Positions 26,001-38,895 of a stretch of DNA of 64,000 nucleotides are shown in pieces. The translations under genes and the position numbers were made by a program. Source of the DNA: Lingula anatina (lineage: Eukaryota > Animalia > Brachiopoda). Each line of letters begins with the position of its first letter. Within the stretch, counting starts at the first letter, position 1. The notes under the pieces are model-generated. The model saw nothing but the letters and a program-made list of their open reading frames with translations. It searched no databases and was not told the DNA's origin. Location: assembly GCA_051362555.1 (NCBI GenBank), contig CM120644.1, positions 24,450,534-24,514,533 of the forward strand, read 5' to 3'.

Positions 26001-27320
26001 GCAACACTGTAACAACATAAACAGCACCTTACTCCATCAGTGTTGCGGAGAGTTATTTTCATAAATTTGAATATGAAAGTTGTTAGTGATGGATGAATCA
26101 GATTAAAGAAGTCTGATTATAAAAATTACTTCCCCTTGAGGCAGCAGCTAGCATACTAGTGCCTTTCATATACCTGACCATAACCTATGGATAGGACAAG
26201 GCAGAAAATTAAGATAACAGGTCTTGGAAAACAAGTTCCAAGGAACTACAAGCTAATACCTCTCTGAACTTGAGAATGGAAGATTTAGTCTGAAAGTAAA
26301 AACTCCCCGAGTTCATTGCAGACATTTGTCATAAAATTCAGTATGAAGGGCTACTCTACAGCAGACAATGCTACAGGTGGGATCATTGCCTTGCATCATT
26401 TCACACATTATAACAGGCTGCCCTTTACTAGGCTGCAGTGGCAGTGGGAATGGAGAATCCTACCAACTAAGATGAAGCTGCTGAAGGGTTAGACATAAAC
26501 AATAGCCAGAAAGAAGAGACCTTGAAAAGACCAGGGGTGACAGTAATGAAAACAGATAGTGTTAGGGCTGAGAGGCAGCTGAAAAGATTCTGAGAAAAAA
26601 GTGGACAGAAAAGTAGACAAATTAGAACACTCGTTTTAAAGAGGCATAAATCCAGATCCAGCAAGAAAGCCCTCGCCTACGGAAAATGACTAGAAATCAA
26701 ACTTGGGTTCAGGCAGTGCTTTGATTGAAGAGAAATTGATTGCATGACGCTTTTTTTATTTCAAATTGTAATGATGAGTCCTTTATAAGGGCTCATGTAC
26801 TTGGTGCTTATACTTTCTAAATGATCTTGTACAGGTTTTACCAAGATAGGAGGCATGGTAAAATCAAGGAAAAATGAACTAGTAAGATGCTAATCAATGA
26901 CAGCACACGGACATATTTAATAAATTATATTTCAATTCACTGTCTTGCCAACTCTTAGAGAGTCATTGCTTTCATTTACTAGTATAGTTGCTCCTGCTGC
27001 CAAATATCTTTGAAATGTAAATGCAAGCTGCAGTATGTTTAAATACATTGGGTCACTATGCCGTAAGGGGATATTCATTTTAGTTCTTGTTCTAATCAAT
27101 TTCCCTTGTTTTCCTGTATGATTATTTTGATTCACTTTTCTTTCTTCTGCATCAAATGTTTTGTTTTGAATTGTCATTCATTCTGACACCAGATGGCACC
27201 TCAGATGTTTCCTGGAAGACGAGACTGCAGAAGACCCCAGGCTTTCTTCACCTGTAACAGAGGAAGATATCTTTATGAATACAGCTCTGAAGTTCAGCAT
27301 TGCGTCACAAGTTGCCTATG
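23075..27320. repeat. Third copy of the gag-remnant block, ending in the functional COASY last exon
   Basis: Homologous to 2665-6900 and 12709-17140. Confidence 0.9.
24890..25396 (+). mobile_element. Degenerate Gypsy gag remnant (copy 3)
   Basis: Homologous to 4455-4960. Confidence 0.68.
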
Positions 27321-30300
27321 TATTTTTCTACTTCTTTTTTTTTTTTACAAAATTTGATTTTAAAAATAACTTAGAACAATAATCAGCAGGTACGATTAAT
27401 TTATAAAACATCTGTTCAAACAAAACACAAAACATCTTTATGAAAGCCTTAAAACCTCACAGTTCCTATTTATAAGCAAGAAGTATAAATAAATAAGCAA
27501 ACAACAAGCAAACTGACCTGTTTCTGGGTGACCTCATACTCCCATAAAGTGGACAGCACCACATTAGCTCTCTGGACACGGTCAGTATTGGTCATCTGGA
27601 GGTCAATACGCTGTGTGGCCTGCTCCTCCGACAGGTGGTTACGGTCAATTAGCCTTTTCACAGCCTGAGGGTCAAGAAAGGGGAGAAGTCAGTATAAAAT
27701 ATAATATCACATCTATTTCAAATCCAATGCATATGTAATTCACATGAGAAAAATTAAATTTATAATTATATGCAATGACTTAAATAAATAAAGAAATGTT
27801 TTCTCTTTATCTTGAGAGATTTGCACCACAACTAACATTGAAAAATGAGCTCTATGAACATCCATCTTCATTCATTTCAACAAAAAAAAAAAAATAAATA
27901 TTAAATGTTTTAAAGTTTTTAATATAAAAGTTCAAATATATATGATTGTTAACAGTGTCTTTATTCTTTCAATAAAGAATTAACTCAAAGATTGTTTATG
28001 ATCGTAAAAAAAAAGTTGTCACCATGACACATACCTCGTCTCTGGGTACAATACACACCCAGACCTCATGTACAAAGCTGTCCCATTGGGCCTCTAACAA
28101 CACTGCGGCATCCAGGACCACCACCCCCTTCCCCTGTCTGGAGGACTCCATGATCTGCTGCTTGGCCAGTGTGGCTATGGACGGCCAGACTAGGGAGTTC
28201 AACAGGTCCATCTGGCTCTGTGGGGGTGAAATCACATGTATAAGGGAATTGTCATTATTGCAGGGAGTAAATTGAAATGGGTATATCATATAAAGATTGA
28301 GCCATTTATGACATACATCTAGCAAACTTTTTGCAACCAATGTACATGCCTCTAATTTATCAAAATAAAACTAAAGAATATGTAAAAATAAACAGACAAG
28401 TGGTAGCTCTGGGTAAAATAACATGGGCATAGACTTTTTTCGTATAAAGTAGGTAAAAAAGTGAATGCTTCTGAAAGTCACTTCAAGAAGTATAACCAGC
28501 AAATTCACTGCGGTGTAGTTTTTTTTTCTGCCTAATTGCTAAATACTTTTTTATCAGTTTATAGACATTACCTTGTCTTTGAACACTTTTCCACCAAGTT
28601 CTCACCTGTCAATCTCCCAACATGCCCCTCCCCCACCCCGCCCATCATTCCATATATCATACATTGTCTTTGAACACTTTTCCACCAATTTGGCACCTGT
28701 CAATCTCCCTACATGCCCCTCCCCAACCCGCCCATCATTCCATTTATCGTACCTTGTCTTTGAACACTTTTCCACCAAGTTGGCACCTGTCAATCTCCCT
28801 ACATGCCCCTCCCCCACCCCGCCCATCATTCCATATACCATACCTTGTCTTTAAACACTTTTCCACCAAGTTGACGCCTGTCAATTTCCCCGTCTTCACC
28901 AACAATGTCCTCACCAAACACTTCCACCACTTTGTGAAATGTTTCAGTGCCCTTTACGTAGGCTTTGTGACCTAAAGTAAGAATAACGTTTCCAAAAATG
29001 CAGGCATAGTTTAACTTTGAAATTTTTCAATTATTGTTTAGTAGACTAGCAATCATTCTGCATTACAGCTATCTAGGGTTAACATAGAAGTAAATAGTAA
29101 GATTTTGTATTCAACTTGCTATATAGCAATTCCTTGTAAACAAAACAGGCCTAGTTGTAAAATTTGTAAGCATGCATACAAAGGAATTGATAGAAATGGT
29201 TGTTTAACACAAATCATATCATATCATATGTGTTATATGTTCTGTAAGTTGTAACAATCATATCATATCATATCATATCATATCATATCATATCATATCA
29301 TATCATATGTGTTATATGTTCTGTAAGTTGTAACAAACTGAACAGTGGCAATGTTATTCTGAACAAGCCTAGGTCTGAACCTCGCTCATCATGTCCATGG
29401 TGAAAACTGACCTCAACAAAATATTAAGAATAATATTAACTCCTGATAAACAAAGCCACACGTACTAACACTGCTTGAAAACTGTCCATACCGTCAAAAC
29501 ATGTTCACACATATACCAATTTTAAATTGACCCAATCTTGTAATTACTGACAGAATCTGTATCCACACACCTAGTTTATCACAGTCCACTATTACAGATC
29601 CCAGAGCCTCTAGTCTTCTACACACACACACACACACACATATCAAGGAATTTGATATTAATCTAAACTTGTATCTACTGATATAATCTATGTCTACACA
29701 CCTAGTTTATCACAGTCCACTATTACAGCTCCCAGAGCCTCTAATCTTCTACACACACACACAAACACCAGACTTTACGAAAGGCCAAAAAATCTGTCAG
29801 ACATTCGGTCTGACAAGCCTGAAAATTTTGTCAGACTGAAACAAAATCTGTCAGACCGAAGTAAAAAAAATAGAAATATAAACCATTATTCGTGTTTTCA
29901 TGTGTATTTTATAATGTTTAAATCATTGACATTAAATCAAATATTATTTTTTTGATATATATTTGTAGAAAAGTAAAATAAGAAAGAAAAACAAAAAGAA
30001 ACAACAACAACAACAACAACAAAAAATAGGCAAAAAATTACTTGCATAACAAGTTTTTTTTTTATTTAATGAAAAAGACGCTGTGGAATGACACAAGGAC
30101 TAAAAGCATTACAAATATGAAGAATGTGTAGCTAGTAATATCAAATGTATGTCCATAAAAACGTCTGTTAATCAAATAACCATTTCACACGTTGTTTTTG
30201 GCAATAACATATGCATTTTGAAACAGCACAGTAAGACAGTCTCTTTCATCCAATTGAAGCTTTGACAGAGACTGTCCAGTCCAAGTTCCTTCTTCATTTT

Positions 30301-32577
30301 ATTTCTTTTTTTTTTTTTATAAAAAGAAACTCAAACTGTGAGCATTCATCAAGTTCATGTGCACTTTCTCCAACTCGTGATGAACGGTACATGCAAATGT
30401 TCCATAATTTAAGAACCCGTAATAAAGCAGTAACATTTATGTTGCTATTGATCAAAATGATAACTTTAGTACTCCTTACGCTCGGCACACACTATTTTCC
30501 TCTCCTACAGATCATAAGTCCGCCAGGGCCTACCTTCTTTCCAATTTTATTAAACTTCCGTTTCTCTTCCTCACTTCGTTTTCATTTTTGCCACGCTTTG
30601 CACCAACGAAGTGTTTAAAGTTCAACAACGTCATTTTCTAAGCAAAAGGCTTAGTTGAGTATCCATGAGTACTGTGTACGACTGATAATGAAGAAACAGA
30701 GGATCAAGTCTGTAAAAACGCAAATAACGAGCACATGTGTTGCGGCCATTTTGTTGTGTAGGGTATTACGAAAACGAAAACGAGACTGTACATTACATCA
30801 TTCAGGAATTCCCCAACCTCAGCCAGTCACAAAATAGTATTTGTGAGTGAAACTGAGGTTAATAAATTATGTATAATTAGCTGGGAACTCCCCGAGATTT
30901 TCACCCCGTCTCTCTTTTCGAATGAAGTAAAATATATCGTTCAGAAAAGAAACAACAACGTATTCCTTATATTTCACATTCCCAGTCAGTTTGAAAACTC
31001 GCCGGACATAAGGTCCGACGATACAGGTTTTTTTATCGGACCGAGACGAAATTTGCCAGGCATGTCCGACGGTCCGACGCCTTTCGTAAAGTCTGAAACA
31101 CACACACACACACATATATATATATCAATTTGATATTAATCTAAACTTGTATCTATTGATATAATCTGTATCCACACACCTAGTTTATCACAGTCCACTA
31201 TTACAGCTCCCAGAGCCTCTAATCTTCTACACACACACACAAACACCAGACTTTACGAAAGGCCAAAAAATCTGTCAGACATTCGGTCTGACAAGCCTGA
31301 AAATTTTGTCAGACTGAAACAAAATCTGTCAGACCGAAGTAAAAAAAATAGAAATATAAACCATTATTCGTGTTTTCATGTGTATTTTATAATGTTTAAA
31401 TCATTGACATTAAATCAAATATTATTTTTTTGATATATATTTGTAGAAAAGTAAAATAAGAAAGAAAAACAAAAAAAAAAAAAAACAACAACAACAACAA
31501 CAAAAAATAGGCAAAAAATTACTTGCATAACAAGTTTTTTTTTTATTTAATGAAAAAGACGCTGTGGAATGACACAAGGACTAAAAGCATTACAAATATG
31601 AAGAATGTGTAGCTAGTAATATCAAATGTATGTCCATAAAAACGGCTGTTAATCAAATAACCATTTCACACGTTGTTTTTGGCAATAACATATACATTTT
31701 GAAACAGCACAGTAAGACAGTCTCTTTCATCCAATTGAAGCTTTGACAGAGACTGTCCAGTCCAAGTTCCTTCTTCATTTTATTTCTTTTTTTTTTTTTT
31801 ATAAAAAGAAACTCAAACTGTGAGCATTCATCAAGTTCATGTGCACTTTCTCCAACTCGTGATGAACGGTACATGCAAATGTTCCATAATTTAAGAACCC
31901 GTAATAAAGCAGTAACATTTATGTTGCTATTGATCAAAATGATAACTTTAGTACTCCTTACGCTCGGCACACACTATTTTCCTCTCCTACAGATCATAAG
32001 TCCGCCAGGGCCTACCTTCTTTCCAATTTTATTAAACTTCCGTTTCTCTTCCTCACTTCGTTTTCATTTTTGCCACGCTTTGCACCAACGAAGTGTTTAA
32101 AGTTCAACAACGTCATTTTCTAAGCAAAAGGCTTAGTTGAGTATCCATGAGTACTGTGTACGACTGATAATGAAGAAACAGAGGATCAAGTCTGTAAAAA
32201 CGCAAATAACGAGCACGTGTTGCGGCCATTTTGTTGTGTAGGGTATTACGAAAACGAAAACGAGACTGTACATTACATCATTCAGGAATTCCCCAACCTC
32301 AGCCAGTCACAAAATAGTATTTGTGAGTGAAACTGAGGTTAATAAATTATGTATAATTAGCTGGGAACTCCCCGAGATTTTCACCCCGTCTCTCTTTTCG
32401 AATGAAGTAAAATATATCGTTCAGAAAAGAAACAACAACGTATTCCTTATATTTCACATTCCCAGTCAGTTTGAAAACTCGCCGGACATAAGGTCCGACG
32501 ATACAGGTTTTTTTATCGGACCGAGACGAAATTTGCCAGGCATGTCCGACGGTCCGACGCCTTTCGTAAAGTCTGAA

Positions 32578-32609
<32 letters not shown>

Positions 32610-32793
32610 CAATTTGATATTAATCTAAACTTGTATCTATTGATATAATCTGTATCCACACACCTAGTTTATCACAGTCCACTATTACAGCTCCCAGAGC
32701 CTCTAGTCGTCTACACACAGATGACTTGCCACTGGCTATACCTCCTGTTAGACCTATTATATATGGCTGGTCTGGTAGACCTGACTTTTGCTG

Positions 32794-32825
<32 letters not shown>

Positions 32826-32913
32826 GTCTTCTACACACAGATGACTTGCCACTGGCTATACCTCCTGTTAGACCTATTATATATGGCTGGTCTGGTAGAC
32901 CCGACTTCATCTG

Positions 32914-32960
<47 letters not shown>

Positions 32961-35900
32961 GCAGTTGTCCACAACTGTGAAGACTGTGACTAAACTGATA
33001 ACAGTCTGAACAATAAAACTTTTTTTCGGATAAAATGAGAAAATGTTTGACATGGGCACTTCTCAAGCCGAACATTGACTGTTAACACACATGGACTGTT
33101 TCAATACCTTAGGCTCCGCCCACAAAGTTCCCAGAAGTCTCTTCCTGAGTGACGAGGAACTGATCTTGGTCTCTTCTTCTGGAGCGTGTTGTGTATCCTC
33201 TACAAGGTCTATCACATGGGCTTCTAGTGGACTCATACCCTAGGATATAATAAAATGTATTGCCGTTATCTCAATACCACTTCAGATATTCATTGAGTGT
33301 ATGGTACTAGAAAGCTCTTAATATCAACTTTATACCGCCCACCACAATCTTTGCTAAAATCTCAGTTTTTTAACATTTTATACAGAAGTTAGCAATCTTC
33401 CCAACATTCTCAATCATTTATGCAACAAATATAAATATTAATCATTTTAAGCAAAACATTTCACAGAGGAAGATGGTAATATTGAAAGTAAACAATTTCA
33501 ATAAATTTTAATTTATTTTATTTTAAAAAATAAAAAATCTGCTGGCTGTTTAATGAATAAAATCACATTACCCTCCCCCCCCCCCAACACACACATGGAT
33601 ACATGAACACAAACCCATACACAAACACCCTGCTGTTCACACCTTCTCCTCCCTCTTCTGGTTCACCATATGAAATCCTTTCACTGTTTCCTGGCTAACC
33701 ACCAGACACTGATACTCAGGGCGCACGATGGTCGGGCCGTAGGGGTCCACGATGGGGACAATGTCGTACTCTAACGACGGCTTGACGTCCTGCAGGAAAT
33801 CTTGCACAACTGCCAGTCTCTCCTCTGTTGGCTGTATCAGTTCTGGTAGGGACTTTTCTGAAATTAAGGTAGAGCACTATTTAAATTACGTTTGTTTTTC
33901 AAACTGAGGTTTTGCCGAAGATTTTGTCCTAAATGTGAATCTGTAATTAGGTCTACAAATAACAGGGACTTTTCTGAAATTATGGTGGAATAAAGAATTT
34001 GTACTATCTTTTAAATAATAAAAAATTTTTAAACCATTTTTTAATTTTATTTCTATGATTTGTAGTAATCTAGAGGGTACATCGAGTCCAAAATGTGAAT
34101 ATGTAACTTGAAATTATATGTAGTATGTGTTTAAATTCCGTTTCTTTAACACTATAGGATGAAATTAGATTTTATTCCAAAGTTCAAAGTGTGAACATTC
34201 TAATCCATTCTCTAATAGACTACATATGATGGAAAAAAATGAGAAAACATATTTCATTTCCCCCAATGTTGACAGTCACTGTCACATTTACTGGGCCACT
34301 TAGGGTGTTTTCTTTCACATATTTTACCACACAGCAAAATAAACATACTGGCAGGCATGGTTCTATTTGTTTAACCTGGGCTCAGGGTAAATATTCTTTA
34401 ACTGACTGTGTCACCCTGCTTTGATTCTATAGTGTGCTAGGTACAATTGCTAACAGTGCAACTTTTGGTGCCTTCTTTCACTTTGCCACACAGCAAATAA
34501 AAATAGCTGCAGATGTAGCCCTATCTGTGTAATCTGATCTCAGGGTAAATATACTACAACTGTGTCACCAGACTCAATATATGTTATGGTACGCTAGCTG
34601 CTAGTGAGGTCAGCGTCAATCAGTTATCAATATTTTATTTTAACTCAGATAGAAAGAATTACACTGCATATTGCTATGTTGAGGTCACTGACAGGTAATA
34701 AAAAGACGTAATATTTCTCTCTGCTTTTGAGCAGTTCTTTAAGGAGAGAACATTTTTAGACTGAATCATTCAGTACCAAGGGACTAAACCAACTCAATCA
34801 TCCTTTGTAAACTAACAAAGGGACAGTAAGACATGGCAGAAGCACTAGCAGCAGATATCAAAGAGAATATCTTAACATGCAGTATTTGTCTGGGAGAGTA
34901 TGAGGACCCCCGTGTGCTGCCTTGCTACCATACATTTTGCTATGGTTGTATATCTGACCATGCTACACGCACTCTGACTCCAAATAGGGCATTTCTGTGT
35001 CCCATTTGTAGAGAAGATGTCCAGTTTCCAGCTGGTGGACTTAACCAACTGAAAAAGAATTTCATCTTTAGCAAGACCAAGGATATCATAACCAAGCAAC
35101 AAGAGAGACAGACATTAGAAGAGGAACAGACCAATGTAGCAGCAGTGGCACAGGGCACTGCACAGAAGAACATCAGTTGTGAGAAACATCCTAATAATGA
35201 ATTAAAATTTTACTGTGACGATGACGATACTGTTATATGTGGTGAATGTATAGCAACAGAGCATGGTGGACATCGTATTTCATCAGTTGAACAAGTTGCA
35301 AAAATCAACAGAGATAAAATTAAAGTTGCTCTTGTAAAAACCATGAAAACATTAAACAGGTTTAAAGAGGCAGTGGCTAAGGGAATAATCACAGAATCAA
35401 GCAACTCTCAAATCACAGCAGCCACTATCAAGGCAAACAAGGAAAACCTTGAATTCCACCATGCATCCTTGCACAGTGCCTGTGACTTTGCCCAGGAACT
35501 TATCACTAATGGCACCGACTATGATGTCATGGTTCATGCAAAACCTCTGATAGAAAGACTGGCAGAGATGGAGAAAACACCTGTCCCAACTCCAGACACA
35601 CCAGGTCAGATATCTTACATACCAGGTAATAGTACAGTACAGTCACAACCTCTATTAGCTGAGCAGGGAACAAATTTTAACTCAGCATTCTACCCTTCAG
35701 TTTTCTTAACGAAGGCAGAATGTGTGCATTCCTTCAATACTGTGCTGAAAGATGACTTTAAAGACGCATTGTTTCCAATAAATGGGTTGGCCATAGATGA
35801 GGAGCAAGTGTATGTAGTGGATCTAGGCAATGATAAACTAAAAATATTCACACACGCTGGAGAGTTAAAATTTGATACGCAAGTTAAATCTCCACATGAT

Positions 35901-36712
35901 GTGGCTGTATCACAGACTGTCCTGTATATAACATCCTTAGGTAACCATTGTGTCCAAGTGTTCTTAACAAAAATTAAATCAATGATAACCATGAATCGTA
36001 GTCATCTGTCTGATCCAAGGGGTATTTCACTGAACAGACAAGGTCATGTAATGGTTTGTGGTGGTAGAAAGAGAGCTATCTTCACATTCCATGCAGACAG
36101 TGGGAGGCTCCTGAACACTATTCCACTCAGTATGTGTGGAAGACCAGAGTACATCACAGTAAATAGTGTGAATGATAACATTGTGATATCAGACAGGAGC
36201 GGACACTGTGTACATGTGCTGTCACCTACAGGTGATCAGCTGTACCAGTATGGCAGCACAGAAGGCAGAGGTGTTGGTCAGGAAGGCAGTGGTGATGGTC
36301 AGTTGGACAGACCACAGGGAGTGTGTACAGACAGCTTTGGTCACATATTCATTGCTGACTATTGGAACCACAGGATAGTGGCACTGAGTCCACAGGGACA
36401 GCTTATCAGATACATTGCTACTAGGAATGATGGGTTAGAGAGGCCTATAGCATTAGCCATCAACCCTGTCGGCCAGCTGGTGGTGGGAGAAAATACGGGC
36501 ACAGTTAAGACATTTCAGTACTTACAGTAAATACTGATCACATTTTACAGTTGTGTAAAAATATCACAAACTGATGTTTATAAAAACCTTATGTTACCAT
36601 TGATAACAAGGATAGGTTGAAGAAACCAGAATGTGAGGTGTAGTTTGCCTTATGTACAGCTGAGATAGCAGAATGGAAGAGAAACTATATCAATTTATAA
36701 CAACAAACTGTT

Positions 36713-36768
<56 letters not shown>

Positions 36769-38895
36769 CACATGTATATTCTTTAATTATTTCTGGTATT
36801 TATTTCGTATTTCTTTTTAATTTTGTAATTTTTTGTTGTTAAATTTTGCTCTTCTGCCATTCAAAGGTGTCTTCTTTCACCATGTGGGGGTCAAGGTCAG
36901 CCAGTCAAGTTGGTCCACTTTTCCCTGCCTGTTAACCATGTTTGCAATTAGAAAGCATAAATGTACAGCCTTTTAGCCTCTTTTAATGTACAAAAAATAT
37001 TTAATTTTTAACAGTCTCAAAGTAGATGCGACTTGTGCAGTGTAGTGTTTCAGAAAATAAAAGAAGAACACTGGCTTTTGTGTTTTGTGTTTTTTTTTAA
37101 CCAGAGTAAGCTGCACTAGTGGCAGCAATTTATTTTTAAAAAAATGCAAGGTTTCCAGAGAAAAGAGCAGATAAGAGAGTACCCTACTAGTACATTACTA
37201 ACATTGTTTTACACCAAAATAACCATCTTATACTCATTTAGTTCATTTCATCATGACAATGCAAAATTAAATTTTCTATACATGTGGACCAGCAATTTGA
37301 AATAAAAATAAAATGTTGGTGTTGGGCCTAATACAGAATTAATAATCCGTAATCAAGACACCAGGCACTGTGGAAACACCTTAGGCATTCTGATTGGACA
37401 ATAAGAGATCAGGTGACCAACACGTTCTAAACCCTTATGCCGGCCTTTCAAGACATTCTTGAACTTAGAATGCACAGTTACTATATATGTATTAGAAGCA
37501 CTTTTAACTTGAAAGACATTAGATTTAGAGGAATAATTTTGAAGTTATAACAATTCAGACAATTTATTATATACTGTATTTGAATTACTGTAATGAGTTT
37601 GGTAAAATTTTCTCTTAAATGTTCCAACACTATATTTCAAGATGATCAGAGCAGATGAGAACTCCTATCACAGCCAAAAATAGTAACATGTTTGAAGATG
37701 AAATATATGATCATGGAAAGACATTTGTCTTTGGTATTACTTCATCAAACTTGTGTTGGTAAATATATCATAATATTAGCCTTGTTTTACATTCTAATTA
37801 GCAATGGACAAAATGTCCTTACCAGATGCACCCTTCCCAGATACTTAAATTTAATTACGCAAAACTTCTTAATTATTTTAAAAAAAAATACACTTTATAT
37901 GAATCTAGAAAGTGAAATAATCACATATTCATATTTTGATTTGATTTTTAAAATACCTCCACAGACAGAGCAGAACTTTGGTGTTAAATTTACAATATAA
38001 AATTCCATGTCTATTTCATGTCCTTCCCAGATGCTCACTAACTATTACTATTTTCCTTAACTATCTTTTTAATCCTAATTTTTTGCCTAAATCTACCTCA
38101 CGAATAATCCAATATACACTTAAAAAATGGGCCTTCCAAATTTGTTACTTTTTAAAAATATTTTTATTTGAAATGTTTAATGTCCTTCAATAAAAAAAAA
38201 AAAAAAAAAAAAAACAGAATGGCCCAAAAATTGCTTGGGATTTTTTAAATGACCGGGGATAACTTACTGGCATTCATGTCCCCATCCGTCACTCCAACAG
38301 TGAGGAATCTATCACAAATCAGGCAGGCTTCTGAGAGGAGGATTTTGTGTCCACCATGGAATCTGTCAAATGTACCTCCAAGTGCAATATAGTCGTAGGT
38401 CCCAAGTGGTACGTCTTCAGTGCTGAGATTATCAGCACTCTCTGTATGACATCCACCCAATGAGGTATTTGCCTCCAGGACTTGAACACTGGGGATGATG
38501 GCTAGTGGGTATTTTTCAAGCACTTGTTCAGCAAATCCTGCATGGGGCTTATGATCTGTGAGAATGATGTCATATGCTCGTCTTAATGTTTGTTGAGAAT
38601 GGGGTGCCGGTTTGGCAGTAAAGGAACTCAGTAAAACCCGCACGTCAAGCTGACCGCACGTGGAGGCGGCATTGGCATACACACCAGTTGTAACATTACG
38701 AATCAAAACTGTAGGTCTGCACTGAAAAGATCCAAATTTTTGATTGGCTAGACTTGGCCCGCCCTTCCATCCAGGCTCTATGTGTATATACAGTGTCTCG
38801 CTGACGTATTTCATTGATGCAGACAGTAGTGCACTGATGCATTGTGGGATCTTTGAGAGAGGCGCAGTCAGTATCAAGAGGCCGCACTTAAACAT
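27201..38895 (-). CDS. COASY: Bifunctional coenzyme A synthase (PPAT + dephospho-CoA kinase), 8 coding exons, 536 aa
   Basis: Exons 38895-38268, 33857-33643, 33239-33108, 32790-32664, 28971-28844, 28217-28035, 27664-27518, 27251-27201; all GT-AG, phases join (1611 nt); motifs [56 protein letters not shown]|VKKAW. Confidence 0.95.
28570..28890 (-). repeat. ~91-bp tandem repeat = 3' end of COASY exon 5 + splice donor (3 extra copies)
   Basis: accttgtcttt(g/a)aacacttttccacc at 28570, 28751 and the real exon end at 28842; variant acattg at 28661. Confidence 0.92.
29213..29336. repeat. (ATATC)n microsatellite within a short tandem duplication
   Basis: atcatatgtgttatatgttctgtaagttgtaacaa twice around the pentamer run. 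Confidence 0.85.
29554..29760 (-). repeat. Two copies of COASY exon 4 3' end + donor (a third at 31163-31240)
   Basis: cacacctagtttatcacagtccactattacag(a/c)tcccagagcctcta matches 32657-32718. Confidence 0.9.
29769..31095. mobile_element. Non-autonomous hAT-like DNA transposon, 1.33 kb (copy 1)
   Basis: Perfect 17-bp TIR cagactttacgaaaggc/gcctttcgtaaagtctg; aaacac on both flanks; subterminal tgtcagac/tccgac repeats. Confidence 0.85.
31247..32575. mobile_element. Non-autonomous hAT-like DNA transposon (copy 2, tandem duplicate, 1478-bp period)
   Basis: Same TIRs and same flanks as 29769-31095. Confidence 0.85.
32826..32960 (-). repeat. Duplicated acceptor + 5' two-thirds of COASY exon 4, with (TTA)n tract
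   Basis: ttccag|[29 protein letters not shown] at 32910, exactly 120 bp upstream of the real acceptor (exon start 32790). Confidence 0.92.
34833..36530 (+). CDS. TRIM-NHL protein, 565 aa (paralog C), nested antisense in the COASY intron 33858-38267
   Basis: Same RING/B-box/NHL architecture; in-frame deletions relative to A/B; open ORF ending FQYLQ*. Confidence 0.92.
   Translation: MAEALAADIKENILTCSICLGEYEDPRVLPCYHTFCYGCISDHATRTLTPNRAFLCPICREDVQFPAGGLNQLKKNFIFSKTKDIITKQQERQTLEEEQTNVAAVAQGTAQKNISCEKHPNNELKFYCDDDDTVICGECIATEHGGHRISSVEQVAKINRDKIKVALVKTMKTLNRFKEAVAKGIITESSNSQITAATIKANKENLEFHHASLHSACDFAQELITNGTDYDVMVHAKPLIERLAEMEKTPVPTPDTPGQISYIPGNSTVQSQPLLAEQGTNFNSAFYPSVFLTKAECVHSFNTVLKDDFKDALFPINGLAIDEEQVYVVDLGNDKLKIFTHAGELKFDTQVKSPHDVAVSQTVLYITSLGNHCVQVFLTKIKSMITMNRSHLSDPRGISLNRQGHVMVCGGRKRAIFTFHADSGRLLNTIPLSMCGRPEYITVNSVNDNIVISDRSGHCVHVLSPTGDQLYQYGSTEGRGVGQEGSGDGQLDRPQGVCTDSFGHIFIADYWNHRIVALSPQGQLIRYIATRNDGLERPIALAINPVGQLVVGENTGTVKTFQYLQ

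Noticed and set aside
32620-33075. 151-aa standalone ORF with poly-Leu
   Set aside because: It is COASY exon 4, its partial duplicate and (TTA)n intron sequence, not a separate gene
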